From Eledone cirrhosa (Eukaryota): 64,000 bases of DNA. The notes beneath the pieces were generated by a model. That model saw only the letters and a program-made list of their open reading frames with translations. It was not told the origin of the DNA and did no database searches. The DNA lies in the NCBI GenBank assembly GCA_964016885.1, contig OZ024741.1, forward strand, positions 313,162,001 through 313,226,000, written 5' to 3'. This document shows positions 1-16,021 of the stretch, one piece after another. The position numbers were made by a program, and so were the translations under genes. Within the stretch, counting starts at the first letter, position 1. Each line of letters opens with the position of its first letter.

Positions 1-94
1 TACGTCAACTATTTTTCCATTTTGACGCTATAGTCACTTATATATTATGGAATAGTGTTGGCTTCTTGCTACAATAATTTCTATACTTTTCATT

Positions 95-1237
<1,143 letters not shown>

Positions 1238-1239
1238 TG

Positions 1240-3017
1240 GATACTATTTATAGTTATGTATATACTATACTATATAAGCTATAAACAGGTAAGGTCAGTA
1301 ATTTATTACTACCTTATTACCAGTAAGATAAATAGCTCAATGTAAGAATATCATTTGTTATACAGAGCAGTAATATAGAATACACAAGAATGAAAGCTAT
1401 GTTAGAACATTTAATTGCTGACAATTGTTTCTTCCAAGCCTAGGCTTGGTTTATTCGGAGCATTATTAATAATGTTTGTACATATAATCAGCCTCCTATT
1501 CCGCTGAAGAATCATACAGATACATATTGTATACAACAGTGTGGGATGGATGCGACATATATTATGTTATCCTATAATTGTACAATAAGATACAAAATTA
1601 AAATTAAAAGCTTTTGGTGGAGAACATGTGACAGATAATACAATAGCGTCTAGTAAATAAATAAAATTAAATTAAAGAGACAGTATCTGCGTTAGTCATA
1701 TATAATGCAATTGAACAAGCAAAATTATCAAGCATATATGAATGCTGGGTGTTGTATACAAAATACAAGCACTTAAAGCGGGTTTGTTATTATATTATGG
1801 TGGTTGCAATGCAGATATATTTTCTGTGTAGATCAAATATGTGTGTGTGTGTGTAGAATAAGAAAGTTCCAGGTTTCACATCCATTACATTTGTCACGAT
1901 ATATTTGTATTGAGTGTCTGTTATAGTAATGGCTTGTAAAGTAAAGTAACTTAGTGTTACTTAGTCCGTAACGTATGCTACATTCGTAGAGCTGGGAATG
2001 GAAATAAGGAGAGGTAACTAGCTCATTATAATAATAATAATTAAACTCATTGTTCTAAGGGACTTTATATAGTGTTATAATTGAGGGCCTAATATAGAAA
2101 TTATATATTTATATTCAATTTAATTTTAATCCCAGTCTACTCTCTTCTAATACATGAAGGTATCATTATAAAGTTGCCTATCAAGTATTATAAAGTGCCA
2201 TAATTGAATGTCCCATACAAAGTGTTATATATTTATATTAATTTAATCCTAGATACAGTCTACCCTCCCAAAATATATCAAAGGTTTTACTAGATTGCTG
2301 TCTACCCAGTATATAGTAAGCTATGTAATACCGTATAGCTGTTTGCATGGTAAAATAGATATATCTCTAGAGCAAATAAACACATTCTTTATATACAATG
2401 TCAATAATGTTAAGCCATACATTTGATTATAGATGTATACATAATTCATTGTTCCATATTGCATTTAAGTTAGATAAATCCCTTATGTTACTACATTAAT
2501 CCTATATATACAATGATATTAATTTTTACATTTAATCGAAAACGTATATATAATTCATTGTTACGTTTAATATTTAAAGTTTATCCAAATTATATTTCCA
2601 TCACTATATAATTATAAGTAATCTAAGTTTACTATATTAAGAGTATAGAGTTATAGGTCGGCTGAATTGTGTAGAGGAAAGGGTGGATCAAAGAGTGTGG
2701 TGCAGTGGTGCAATGCAAGCCCTAAAGGTTAAGTGCTAATGGAGGTGCTAAGTTCAAAACGGACATTGCTATAATCTAGGTTTAAAACTTTGAAAAGAGT
2801 GTCGGAAGCGGTGCTGGAACGATGAATACACTTCCGATTTTTTATTAAGGAGGTTAAGGTTCGAAAAGATTATAGTATGGGTCTCTAGAAGACATAGGTT
2901 ACAAAATGTATTATTAATCATTTATTATTAATAATGCTCCGTAGACTCCAAGCCTAGGCTTGGAAGAAACAGTTGTTAGCAATTAAATGTTCTAACATAG
3001 CTTTGACTCTTGCGTAT
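1240..3017 (-). mobile_element. Highly decayed Penelope-like element with inverted terminal pseudo-LTR copies
   Basis: 1380-1480 and 2912-3017 are inverted copies, and 1240-1480 is the reverse complement of 12160-12400, which precedes a PLE ORF start. Minus-strand remnants resemble PLE RT (DGNIIWI near 2590, compare DSIWIKK in ORF 6406). Confidence 0.6.
2935..2981 (+). ncRNA. Degenerate minimal hammerhead ribozyme motif in a PLE pseudo-LTR (other copies 1416-1462 minus, ~12171-12215 plus)
   Basis: tgct-CCGTAGA-[tccaagcct/aggcttgga]-GAAA-CAGTTG-TT-agca. The 1416 copy has a perfect CAATTG palindrome followed by TC. The consensus core of the three copies is CCGAAGA. Confidence 0.6.
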
Positions 3018-3031
3018 TTTATATATATACA

Positions 3032-3112
<81 letters not shown>

Positions 3113-3121
<9 letters not shown>

Positions 3122-3605
3122 TGTAAAAGGTGATCCGCTGCATAGGCCGACCCATCAAATTCTGAGGTGTAATTCAGGTTTAGGCATATATACGGCGAAT
3201 GAGATGGCACCCCTAATATAAGGCATTACCATCTCCCCAGCCGTAGTTATGCTTACGGTTTTTAAATTGCATGTAATAAAAAAAAACATGGAAATAAACA
3301 CTAAATAGTTGTACAATAAAAATGAATGTCAAGAAAATACAATTTGTAAAATGTATTTTACAGTTAACAAAATGATTCAATTGAAGTGTTGTATTAGTAA
3401 ACAACATTCTAGCACACCGTTACTTGAAACGGGATAATTCTAAAAACCTAAATATTCCTTATCTTCTGTGTATCAGTATTACATGGCGATATATATTTAC
3501 TTTCGGCCTGTTTTGTTTCGTGAGTACATTTCCGTAGTTTCTCTGATGGTTTATATAATTCAGTGAATCAGTATACCATTAATATTATAACTCTAATATT
3601 TAAAA
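3113..3605 (+). repeat. Segment B of the tandem unit (copy 1), pogo/Tigger-like DNA transposon remnant
   Basis: Similar ~480-bp copies start at ~10325 (partial), 16022, 27808, 29815, 52020, 60505 (partial) and 63518. The best copies begin TA|CCGTATATGCCGGTGTA, resembling pogo-type TIRs. Confidence 0.7.
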
Positions 3606-3627
3606 AAAATATGATATATATATAAAT

Positions 3628-4262
3628 ATTTCCAATCTTTGCTTCCAAATAAAGGAAGTCCTCAACTGATTCTAGCGGCTTCTCACCTACATTAGCAAAC
3701 TTTTCTGGCTTCTTAATACTCTCTACCACATATTTTGTCTTAATCTCATTCATTCTCAGCGCCACACTCATCGACACAGGCTCCACCTCCTGCAGCAAAT
3801 CATCTGCCTCCTTCACTGTGTTTGTCAATAGAACTATGTCGTCAGAAAATTCAGCATCCGATATCTTTTTTGCCTTAACTCTCCTGCTCTGAGCCGGTGT
3901 TACACTAAGGCCAGAGTCCTGTTGTTCCTCCAACGCAAGGCGCATACAATAGTCCACTACGATGACAAAAAGGTACGGAACCAATGTATCTTCCTGGAAC
4001 ACTCCAGTCAGTATCTCAAAGAACTCTGTCATCCCATCAGGTGTAATAACTTGGGCTTTGGTATTGGTGTAGCGCAGTGGAATCAGGTCCACTAGCTTCT
4101 TGGGGATACCATAAGCCTCTAAGATCTTCATCAGGCAGTGACGGTCCACAGAATCAAGGCCTTCCTAAAGTCAATAAAAACCATGACCGAAGGAAGGCAC
4201 TTTTCTCTAGCTCCCTCTTATATCCTCCTCAGCATCAGGATGTGACTGGTGGTTGATCCTCA
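3628..4262 (-). mobile_element. Non-LTR (LINE) reverse transcriptase fragment
   Basis: ORF 3568-4149 has GVFQEDTLVPYLFVIVVD (GVxQGDxLSP motif) and AEFSDDIVLL (YADD motif). Upstream FIDFRK motif lies in another frame. Confidence 0.85.
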
Positions 4263-5232
4263 CTCTCTACATGGATACACTGGAAGAGGAAGACAGAAGT
4301 TATCATGTGTTGATGTCCTAAGGACAGACACTGGTCTGTTGGAAAAGTAGGACATGTCAGCGATAATTAGGGACAGAGACGACAGGAGAGAACTCGTCCA
4401 TGGATCTCGGGAGTTTTACCCGCCCTAGATAGATATATCACCAGTGAAACTGTACAGTCGGGACTTTGAAGAAAAAATAGGTATATATCTGTGCCTCTTA
4501 CTTCTTCTTACTTTATAATTTGATGCACAGCTCTGATATCGAGTCAATTTAATTATTTCGATTATTTTGTCTCTTGTAGTCATAGAGCAAAACTGGTTAA
4601 GGTCGACACCACATACACTCACATGCTTGTGAATATATATATATATATACGTGTGTATGTAAGTTATATATATATACGTGTGTATATATGTTATACACGT
4701 ATATGTGTCTGCCTCTCATTATTGTCTCAAACACCCACACGGGCGAGTTAACACGAAGGCATAGTAAATGCTTCTAAGCAAAAACTATAATCACTTTCAG
4801 TCAACCTCGCCACCCGCCTTAACCTCTGTATCCCGTATTAATTTTTCCCCCTGCTCTTTGAGATATGTTTAACTGCTAAAAGGGATTCAGTCCCCTTTCT
4901 TGACCGGTGTATCACGTGGTAATTTCTACCTCCGCCGTTTGCGATTTTCTCACTTGCTGCTAACATGTCTGGAAAGCGCTCTTTCCTTGAGGAGTTCCTT
5001 GATAAGCTGGTGTGTCTCACAATGATATTGCACTACTGTAATGTAAAATTGTTGCAAACTGACCAGCGAAATTGTACAGACGGGATTTAAAGAAAATATA
5101 GGTATATATCTGTCTATTACTTCTTAATTTATAATTTGTTATATATATATATATAATGTACACACACACACACACACACGCACAAATATTCTTTTTAATG
5201 TGTATTTGGTGTATACGTCCGTATGTGTGCGG

Positions 5233-8040
5233 ATACAGGTGTCGCGCGGGTTTATGTATGTGTGCGCGTGTTTATGTGAAAGTACATGTATATGCATGCA
5301 TGACGGGTGTTTTCAAGTATGCACGTGTATGTTCGTATATAAATGCGTGTATATTTCATTACTATTGATCTTAATAACCTCTGTCATTTTCTTTCTACTA
5401 ATTTATTTACATTATTCTTAACTCTAAAGCTGAGAATCATTCGGTTTCCTAAATAGAATATTAGTCTACGACTTCATTTATACCATAAACGTGGTTTATT
5501 CTTTGCGTGTAATTGTTCCCACGCACCACATAACGACGTAGTATTTTCGCTTTTTTACGTTCATTGCCAGGGAACGTCTTCACGAACCAAAGTATCGTAT
5601 TGCTCTTTTCCTTCGGTTGCAACGTTTTTCGAAATATTTACTTATGCGTTCACAGATTGATTTTTTTTAATTTCAGATCTCGTTAAGGGTGAAAGCAGCG
5701 ATTTTTGCTTAAACTTTAATCTGTTATTTTACTAAATATTTGCTCTAGGGTTCTTATATATTTGATATATATTTAGCCTTACCGATCCCTCTTTGGATTT
5801 TAGTCTTCAAATTTATTATTATTACTATTTGGCTCCCACAGTTGAGCACTCTATTGAGTTATATTCATCATGCAGAAGCAACACCTGCATATTTTTACAA
5901 AGAACATACCCGTACCTTGCAGGAAGACATATCTAAACTTATAATACAGGAAACGGATTCGTTCCTTAAAAGGTTGCGTTGGCGTGCCTTTAAATTCGAT
6001 AACCAGGGAAAAGCGAACAATAAACAGGATACATTTGGGTTTAAAACTTATAATAACCCTCCGAGTTACCCAACATTGCTACTCTTCGAAAACGATGTCT
6101 TGGAACTCATACGGAATATCAAATTTCGGAATAGGAGCAATTATTTCAAGCACGATCTGAAGAATATAATTCGTTCTATTAAGGATTCTAATGCCGTGCA
6201 CGTCCACTCCGACAAAACTGGAAATCTATATCAAGTGGAGCGCAGTACTTACCATCAACTGGTACATAATGCTGTAACTAAGGATTACCGGAAAACCGAT
6301 CTGTGTGTCATCAGTGACATCAACGATTCTGGTTTTAAAATTTCTTCTGAACTCAACATCCAAGACTAGACTGAAACTCTGGATCCAATTTCTCCCCACT
6401 TTATCATGAAGGATCACAAAACCAATTTCGCAAACAACCCCTCTATTCAGCTAATTAGCCATACGAAGTCTGACTTACGTAGACTTAGTAAAATGTTTTT
6501 AGAGAGAATTATACCTAAAATTAGAAGCTTGGCCCTTCTTGCACTGTGGAATAATTCTTTCGCGGTGATTGATTGGTTCAATGGCATATGCAACAAGGAA
6601 CATTGCCGTTTTATCCAATTCGACATCAATAACTATTACTCCTCCATCATTTTACCACTTCTTCTTCGAGCTATCAATTTCGCTAAAACGTTCACGGTGG
6701 TTAAGGATTTAGAAGTTGATGTCATCCTCAATGCCCGTAGGTCGGTGATTAATTTCAACGACTCTATTTGGATAAAAAAAATTAATAGTACAAGGGCGGT
6801 GCCCCAGCATGGCCTCAGCCGGATGGCTGAAACAGGTAAAAGAGAGTACCGCATTCGTCGTGAGATGGGCGCCAGCGATTCGGCGGAGTTTACAGATCTT
6901 ATCGGCCTTTTCCTTCTTTTCTCTATCAAGGAAGAATTCCCTAATGTAGGGGGTGGTTTGTACCGCGATGACGGTCTTTTGACCATGACAAAGTGCCATC
7001 CACGCGCTTGCGACAGGTTCAGAAAAGAACTCACAGCCTTCTTTAAAGGATTCATCCTCTCCAAAGAGGTTGAGGCCAACCTCTCGATCGTTAATTACCT
7101 CGACGTTACCCTCAATTTGTCGAATGGCTTGCACTACGCGTATAGAAAGCCGAATGATACGCTTAATTACACAAGTAAGCATTCTAAACATCCTGCCAGC
7201 ATAACCAAGAACCTGGTAAGAAACGATTGTTTGATGCTTTCCTGTCTATCTAAAAACGAGCATATTTTCACCGACCATTGCACATATTACAATGAAGCTC
7301 TTGCTCGGAGTGGATTTGTCGATTAGGAAGCATATACTAAGTATGAGCATAGACCAAGGAAAAATAGATCCCGACACATTATATGGTATAACCCACCATA
7401 TAATATGGAGGTGGCCACACCATTAGCTAAGATCCTTCTCTCCCTTAATAAAAAGCATTTCCTCTCAGCACATAAATATAATAACATTTTTAATAGAAAT
7501 ACCATTAACATATCTTACTCTACGTCTTCTAACCTTGCACATAACATCCCTGCTTCAAATTTAGCTAAATTACCTAGCCGTAGGAAGACGTGCAACCCTG
7601 TATCTAGTAGAAACTGTAATTGTAGGAATCGGGTTGACTGCCCTCTATCTGAGAAATGCCTCTCCAGTAACATTGTCTACAAATGTAAAGTCGAAAGGCC
7701 CACGTCCCGTAGGGCCTACACAGGTTTAACCGCCAATAGATTCAAGCAGCGTCTTTATATGCACGCCCTTTCTTTTCTTAACCCTTTAAGAAGGAATATG
7801 ACGTCACTTTCAGCTTATATCTGGAATCTAAAAGACAACCACACCCAATATAGGTTACAATGGGAGTTCATAGCTAAGGCTAAGTCGTATAACGGAAATA
7901 AAAGACCATACAATCTTTGCGCCGCTGAAGCCCTGGAAATACTCTACGCCAAAGACCTCATCTAAAACAAAAAATCTGAGGCAATTTCGTCTTGTAAAAA
8001 CATACGAACGTATACACCAAATACACATAAACATATATAT

Positions 8041-8087
<47 letters not shown>

Positions 8088-9120
8088 CATATACTTATAT
8101 AAACGTATATGAATATACACACATAAATACGTACGTAACGCACGCACACACATACCTACATGTAAATACACATATGTTCACCAAATCTACGTCAACCAAT
8201 ACACAATGTACACATATACAGACCATACGTACGTGCAAACACGCATACACGTATACATACACAAACACAAAATACACATATACACATAACCATATACACA
8301 TATAGCAGTATATATAATATAATATATACACCTATAACAAGTACAAGCATATATACGCGCGAGAAAGTATGCGTACCTTCACAAAACATACGGGGAAAGT
8401 ATACTTACCTATACAAATAAGTAATAGCATAAACATAAATATACTTAGTTGCCACATCAAAACGTAAACTATCCACATATTGTTCGTACTATCCGTTAGG
8501 GTATAGTGTGGGGCTGTTATACAGGAAAGCGCGCTGGTTTATGTATGCGTGCGCGTGTTTATAGGAACGTGCATGTATGTGCATGCACGAAGGGTGTTTT
8601 ACGCGTATGCATGTGTATGTAACTATATAGATGCGTGTATGTATTATTGATTATTGATGTATTAACCTCTGTTATTTTCGTTCTACTAATTTATTTACAT
8701 TATTCTTAACTCTGACCCGAGAATCATTCGGTTTCCTAAATAGAATATTAGTCTATGACTTCATTTATACCACAAACGTGGTTTTGTCTTTGCGTGTAAT
8801 TGTTCTCAACGGTCCACGTAACGACGTATTATCTTCGCTTTTTTCCGTTCATTGCCAGGGAACGTCTTCACGAATCAAAGTATCGTCTTCCTGTTTTCCT
8901 TCGGCTGCAACGTTTCTCGAAATATTTGCTTCTGCGTTCACATATTGATTGTTTTAGTTTCAGAAGATCCCGTTAAGGGTGAAAGCAACGATTCTTTGCT
9001 TAAACTTTAATATGTTATTTTACTAAATATTTTCTCTAGGGTTCTTATATATTTGATATATATATTATCCTTTTCGAGCCCTCTTTGGAATTTAGTCTTC
9101 AAATTTATTTTTATTACTAT
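5233..9120 (+). mobile_element. Near full-length Penelope-like element with direct pseudo-LTRs (5233-5828 and 8519-9120); RT plus C-terminal GIY-YIG ORF, inactivated
   Basis: The ORF from ATG 5870 (KNIPVP...KRLRWRAF) continues through ORFs 5842/6406/7405 with FIQFDINNYYSSI, MGASDSAE, GLYRDDGL, VNYLDVTLNL, WYNPPY, CNCR..CPL..KC, IVYKC..YTGLT. It has one frameshift and stops at 6367, 7324 and 7963. ~600-bp direct repeats flank it. Confidence 0.93.
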
Positions 9121-9124
9121 ATAT

Positions 9125-9420
9125 ATATTGTAATACTTGGGAAGGGTCATATCGTTGAAATAATATTGTCAGAAATAATAACGGAACACATTCACTGTTT
9201 GGTTGGTTTTCGCTTCTCCATCTTTTATATCTCCATAGTTAATTCATTCGCTAATCAATGTTTATCATTCATTGACCATCGCTTAAAAATACAGATATAA
9301 ATACATATATATAGTCTAACAAAGTTCTTTCGTTGCACATCTGCAACATCATCCGTGGTACTATTATGTTTCCTCCTGTTGCATTGTATGTCTACGCCAT
9401 TTTTATTCTAACTGTTTAAT
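9125..9420 (-). repeat. Solo pseudo-LTR of the PLE family at 20057-22515
   Basis: Reverse complement of ~22230-22515, including the hammerhead-like gatga-t-gttgca-gatg-tgcaac-gaaa. Confidence 0.75.
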
Positions 9421-9628
9421 TATATATTTAATTTTGTCTTCTTCTCTGCACATGCGTTTGCATGTGTGTATAGTGTTTTGTGTGTGTGTGTTCGCATTTA
9501 CGTGACTGTTTTGTTTATTGTATTCTATTTTAGTTTATTAGTGTTTCTTTATATGTGTTTGCTATTATTGTGCTTGAGTATATATAACAATAAACACATA
9601 TAAACACACACTAATAAACTAATATAGA

Positions 9629-9659
<31 letters not shown>

Positions 9660-9974
9660 TCAGAGCAAACAGCACGGACACTCTATCTCAACATTATTTT
9701 TGAAAAGCATTTAGAAATGCGCAACCGGTAAAAACTTATAAACTTAAAACCACAACTGAATACTAACCCATACAATCACTAATACTCTTTTATTCCTAAT
9801 TAAACCATTTTTCAACTGTGAACAATTTGTCAGCATTTTCTATTCCGTTTACCAATATATAATAACTTGTGTGTTACACCTCTATTCTTTTAACTATATA
9901 TATATATATATATGTATAGAGAGAGGGGGAGAGAGAGAGATGAAAAATGTCGTGCCGCGTTGTTGCGGATGTGA

Positions 9975-10180
9975 TACATATGAATTAAAAATTAGAGTAA
10001 GAAGCCAGGACTATCCGTCATCAGTGATCTTCTGGCCATCATAGGTATTTCTTCACATTGAAGATCACATACTTCAGGCCAGCGCGAGCAATAACTAAAT
10101 AAAGTTATTGGGATAAAAAGAATTGGGTGGAGAAAGAGAGACATGTAAACAAACAAGAATGGTAAGGCAACGTAAAGGGT
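9975..10180. repeat. Dispersed unclassified repeat (copies ~12775-13070 and ~17030-17250)
   Basis: Shared 'catcagtgatctt...gcgagcaa..ctaaa..aagt..ttggga...tgtaaacaaa..aagatggt' in all three copies. Confidence 0.7.
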
Positions 10181-10198
10181 TACACACACACACACACA

Positions 10199-10260
<62 letters not shown>

Positions 10261-10261
10261 T

Positions 10262-10303
<42 letters not shown>

Positions 10304-11149
10304 TCGTAAGTACATATATATATATACAGTATATGCTGGTGTAAAAGTTGATCCGCTGCATAGATCCCCACATCAAATTCTGAGGTGTAATTCAGCTTAG
10401 ACCTATATATGGCGAATGAGATGACCCCGCTAATATAAGGCATTACCATCTCCCTAGGCGTAGTTATACTTGCCGTTGTTTATTTGCATGGAGTAAAAAA
10501 AAGGAAATAAACACTAAAAAGTTGTAAAATAAAAATGCTTGTCAAGAAACTGCAATATTTATTTTACAGTGAACAAAATCATTTAATTGAACTGTTTTAT
10601 TAGGGGAGCTCATGGTAGTAATGTAAAGGTTATGCCCAGACCATATATAGAAAATGCATGCAGAATATAGAAAAACATATGAGAAATATAAGAAAAGTAT
10701 ATAAAAATACACAATCGGGTTGTACATGAAAAAATACATGAGGTGTTACATAATGGAATTCGTGGAGAATATGCACACTCTACTCAAAAGATACACATGC
10801 AGGGAGTGCGTGAACAGGCCATAATGGAGTATGTCACTGTGGGTGAGATAGAGTGCTTTATTGATATATGGTAAGGGACTGAATATTCATGGAAACTGAG
10901 CCACCGTGTCTTGGCTCATGCGATGTCGTTGCTTAAAATGACGTACAGAGTCCGATAGGCAGCATAGATTATGTCGACTTAGCGCACAGGGCATTCATAG
11001 TCAACAATATATGGTGTCTGTTCCCTTTGACCCGCGCCGACGTTCAGACTGCCATCCGCTTCCCCGCATGCCTTTATGGCTCGTCCGGCGTGTTCATCCG
11101 GAGAGTGTGCACTTTCTCTAGAGTCTGCACGTCATGATAATCTCTGATT

Positions 11150-11520
11150 TCAGGTTGACCGCATCATCCTTTAATCTCACTATTTCCATGGCCTTGGATA
11201 AGCATAGCCTACACTTCCTCTCTCCAGCCGAACATGCATTTGCTTGTTGAACGATACTCCAGTTGAGATCATACGGTGTGCCGTTGATTTCAACCCCATA
11301 TTAGGTCCAACACTCTAGTTAAATGTCTCTTGCTGCGGTCATTGAAAGAGTTTGTGTGATTATACATCCTCGAGTTAAAGGTCGTGGATTTTGCGCCGAT
11401 GTAGGTGCGCTCGGTGTTGTGCATGCTAACCACACATTTATATACTAGGCACTTCGTTAGTCATCTTCCCTGCAAAGGGCATTTTGTGTCCGCTCTGCAG
11501 TTGCATGTTCGGTCGTTAAT
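11150..11520 (-). mobile_element. PLE 3' fragment (GIY-YIG endonuclease region), decayed
   Basis: Minus-strand translation CNCRADTKCPLQGR*LTKCLVYKCVVSMHNTERTYIGAKSTTFNSRMYNH is homologous to ORF 7405. Confidence 0.8.
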
Positions 11521-12159
11521 GTTACTCATTTCTTACGCTGGGCTCTGGGCCTACTACGGCATTCCCCCGATTCTCTTGGTGTTGTTCTGTTCGTGTGGTG
11601 GGCTACCCTCCGTCATTCAGTAACTTAATACATCAAACATCCAATACGGAATCATCGTTAATTATGTGAAGGACATATAAACTATATATTACGTCTCCTG
11701 AATTGTGAAAATGGTGGTGTATACAAAAACCATAACATTATTTTGCTTCTCATTTATACTATTTCTCTGCAGACAAGCTTCTTTATCACACAGAAAAAAT
11801 ACCTTACCACTACAACCTCCATAATACTCTTGATTACCCGATTAAAGTGCTTATATTGCATATAACACCCTGCCGCACAATAATCATATATAAATAGGAC
11901 ACACGTGCATGCCCCACGTGTAACTAATGCATACAATAACTACTACAACTGACTAACAAATTATCCTCTTGCATTATCTACGTAACTGCCGATGTTGTAT
12001 TTTAATTTTAATTTTGCTTTGATTTTGTTTTAATATGATTTTAATTTTTGAATTTAAATTGCCATTCAGAAATAATATATGTCACCCCACTGTGGATCAA
12101 TATATACATATGTATCAGTATGTCTCTTGCGTTGGAAAGGAGGTCATGTATGTATACAA

Positions 12160-12770
12160 ATATTGAAAAATGCTCCGAAGGCACAACCTCGGTTTAGATG
12201 AAACAATTGTAAGCTAATAAATGGTTTGAGCATAACTTTGATTCCTGTGAATTCTATATAACTGCTCTGTAGAACAACTGATGTTATTACATTGAGCTAT
12301 TTATCTTACTGGTAATAAGGTAGTAATAAATTACTGTCTTTCACTGTTTAGGGTTTAAAATATATATAACTATAACAAATTTTAGTATATACATAACCAT
12401 AAATAGTATCCTTAATACTATTAACTGCTCCATACTGTTGAGCTAACATACAATAAATTGCCAGTATGCTGATCAAAGACCAACTCCCTATGTCAACCAA
12501 GAACATACCAATACCATCCAATAATACATATGAGAAATTATTGATCAACAGTGTCAACTCGTTTATCAATAGAGTGAGATGGAGGACATTCCATTATGAT
12601 AAAAACAAATCTAACAAGGTTGATAATACTAACAAATTCGACTCCTTCGGCTTTAACACTTTTAGAAACCCCCCTCACAACACACTACTAAACTCCTTTG
12701 AAAATGACCTAATAAAACTAGTTAAGAACATAAAATACAAAAAGCATCGTAATAAATATAACACCTTACT
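12160..12770 (+). mobile_element. PLE pseudo-LTR plus N-terminal ORF fragment, 3'-truncated
   Basis: ORF 12466 STKNIPIPSNNTYEKLLINSVNSFINRVRWRTF...FGFNTFRNPP..LNSFENDL matches the N-terminus of the 5870 PLE ORF. Confidence 0.85.
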
Positions 12771-13295
12771 GCTTTGTTGCAAATGGGATACATATGAATA
12801 ACATTAGAGCAAGAAGACAGGACTGTCCGTCATCAGTGATCTTCCTGCCATTATCGATATTTCTTCGCATTAAAGACCATATACCTCCGGCTGGTGCGAG
12901 CAATAACTAAAGAAAGTTATTGGGACAAGTAGTATTGGGTAAGAAAGCGAGATATGTAAACAAAATAAAGATGGTAATGCAACGGGAAGAGAGGAAGATG
13001 AGAAACAAGTCCTTGATATCTGTGAACTTAAGTTCTAGTAAATCGTGGACTAGGAGAGACTGACTCGTCCAGACCCTGTGAAATGTGAGCGAGAAAAGTA
13101 TTTCACACAGGTCAGACGGGAGGAATTGAGAGAGGGAAAGTGTGGGGAAAAGGCCAGCCGAGAGAGGAGAGAGAAAAAGGATAGCAGTAAGAAAGAAACA
13201 GACTGGTCAGAGCAGAGGAAAAGATATATAAAGGAAAAATGGCAAGTCGTGTACTGCGTTGTTACAAAATGGGATACATATGAATAAAATTAGAT

Positions 13296-13450
<155 letters not shown>

Positions 13451-13701
13451 TATTAAAATAACAGATTCAAGTTTAAGCAAAAAATCGCTACTTTCAGCAT
13501 TAACGAGATCTTCCGTTAGTTTCAAAAGATCCCGTTAAGGGTGAAAGGGGCGATTCTATGCTTAAACTTTAATCTGCTATTTTAATAAATATTTGCTCTA
13601 CGGTTCTTATATATTTGAAATATATTTATCCTTATCGAGCCCTCTTTGAATTTAAGTCTTCAAATTTATTATTATTACTATATATATACATAAATATATA
13701 T

Positions 13702-15964
13702 AGGAACCAGTAAGACCCCGACAGCTGAGCTCAAGCCGTTTCGACGGCTAATTCTGGACTAAATGAAAATTTATCCTGGTATTTAAATAGCCGATCTTCT
13801 CAAGGGGTAATTCCATATATGGTCAAAGTGATTGTCAAAAATCAGTAGTAATTCTGTGGTTGCAAATTAGTAGGGGAGATGGTGGCTAAACCTGCCAGTA
13901 GGAGAAAGAGGGGAGGGGGTGGAGTAGACCCAATCAAGCGTTAGTAGTGCCAGCTACAGCTGGGCATGAGGTCAAAGAAGATACAGGGGAGGGGGAGGGG
14001 GGGGAAGTCGGAACGGTAGGTAGAACAATGGGGGTAGAAATATATATGAAAGAAAAAATACTGAGAGTGAAGAAAAGCAAATAAGTGTAAAGAAAAAGTA
14101 AAGTAAATTAAATTCTACGACCTAGGTCTCAGGCTATTGTTAGGCTAGAATAAAATAAAGAAAGAAAGAAAGAAGTAAAGAAATAAATAAATAAAGAAAT
14201 AACGAAATAAGTAAAAGAACTAGGTGGGACGGATTAGGCAAGGACCCTTTTAAGAGGTATAAGTACGTAAATGATACGGTGACGGGTCAACAAAAGGGGC
14301 CAAAATACTAAAGAGACTACTATATAAGACTTACCGCATGTGACTTCAAGACCCGGCTATACCAACATAGACATACCTTCCGAAACCCGGCCCGGCGTCA
14401 CGCCACTACACTTTCGGGCCACATATGGGACCTCAAGGACAACAACATCACCTATGATCTCACTTGGAGATTACTGTCCAGAGCCAATTCTTACACGGGA
14501 GGACGCCGTCCGTGCAATTTATGCTCGGAGGAAACTTTACAAATGCTGTTTTCGACGGACCAACTCCTAAACAAGAAAGATGAACTGGTCACTGCATGTA
14601 AACATAGATTGCGTAGGACTTACCTCGCCCTCAAACCCCATAATAACCCGGGGGGGGGGGGGGGGGGTAGACTAGGGCTATAACACCCCACTTGCCGATT
14701 TTGCAATGGGAAACCCCTGCTTGCCAAGGAAGACGTAAGATCTTCTTTGTATTCTTTTATCGCTTCCTTTATTTCCTTCCCCCTCTCTCCTTAGTCCTTC
14801 TACCCCAGCTCCTCTCCTTTGTCGGCGTCTTTTCTCGCCCACCCGAGGCTGCCCTTTGGCCCCATGTAGCCTTAGTACCCCCACCACCCCCTCCCCTAGT
14901 CTATGATAGATTTGGCGGACTCCGCCCTTTATAGCAGTTGGCTTAGAAACCGGATACTTGCCCCCTTTTTCCGACCGCTCCCACTATTCTCTGTGCCCTC
15001 TATATTTCTTAGTGGCACTTATGCCTTATTTTTTCGTTTCAGTATTTCTTGCTTCGCTTTTCTTCTGGGCGGGGTGGATTCTGAATTTATTTCTCCGTAT
15101 TCTACCTTTATTTCGTACGAACTTTCATGTAGCTTGTTTTAGATCTTTTAGAGTTAGCATTAGTATATATTTTTCTCGGGACTCAGAATTATTATCTCGT
15201 ACAAGTTCACTTTGCTGCACTGGGTCTTTGCTGGCCCGGGATGGAAACCTTTATTGTTTATTTCGTGGTAGTCTCTTTAGTATTTTGGCCCCTTTTGATG
15301 ACCCGTCACCGTATCATTTACGTACTTATACCTCTTAAAAGGGTCCTTGCCTAACCGACCCACCTAGTTCTTTTACTTATTTCGTTATTTATTTATTTAT
15401 TTATTTCTTTACTTCTTTCTTTCTTTCTTTATTTTATTCTAGCCTAACAATAGCCTGAGACCTAGGTCGTAGAATTTAATTTACTTTACTTTTTCGTTAC
15501 ACTTATTTGCTTTTCTTCACTCTCAGTATTTTTTCTTTCATATATATTTCTACCCCCCATTGTTCTACCTACCGTTCCGACTTCCTCCCCCTCCCCCTCC
15601 CCTGTATCTTCTTTGACCTCATGCCCAGCTGTAGCTGGCACTACCAACGCTTGATTGGGTCTACTCCACCCCCTCCCCTCTTTCTCCTACTGGCAGGTTT
15701 AGCTACCATCTCCCCTACTAATTTGCAACCACAGAATTACGACTGATTTTTGACAATCACTTTGACCATATATGGAATTACCCCTTGAGAAGATCGGCTA
15801 TTTAAATACCAGGATAAATTTTCATTTAGTCCAGAATTAGCCGTCGAAACGGCTTGAGCTCAGCTGTCGGGGTCTTACTGGTTCCTATTACCCACTCTAC
15901 TACCTCAAGTATTGAGTACTTTGGTGCGTTATGGTCCACCTGGTTCCTTACCACATTTCCTTCG

Positions 15965-15967
<3 letters not shown>
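13702..15967 (+). mobile_element. Young 5'-truncated PLE with ~620-bp inverted pseudo-LTRs (13702-14320 / 15268-15887) and a ~78-bp 3' tail
   Basis: Near-perfect inverted repeat. An open frame from 14342 reads DFKTRLYQHRHTFRNPARRHATTLSGHIWDLKDNNITYDLTWRLLSRANSYTGGRRPCNLCSEE...LLNKKDELVTACKH (PLE GIY-YIG C-terminus; missed by the ORF track). Flanked by (TA)n. Confidence 0.9.
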
Positions 15968-16004
<37 letters not shown>

Positions 16005-16021
16005 GTTAATAATTTATATAT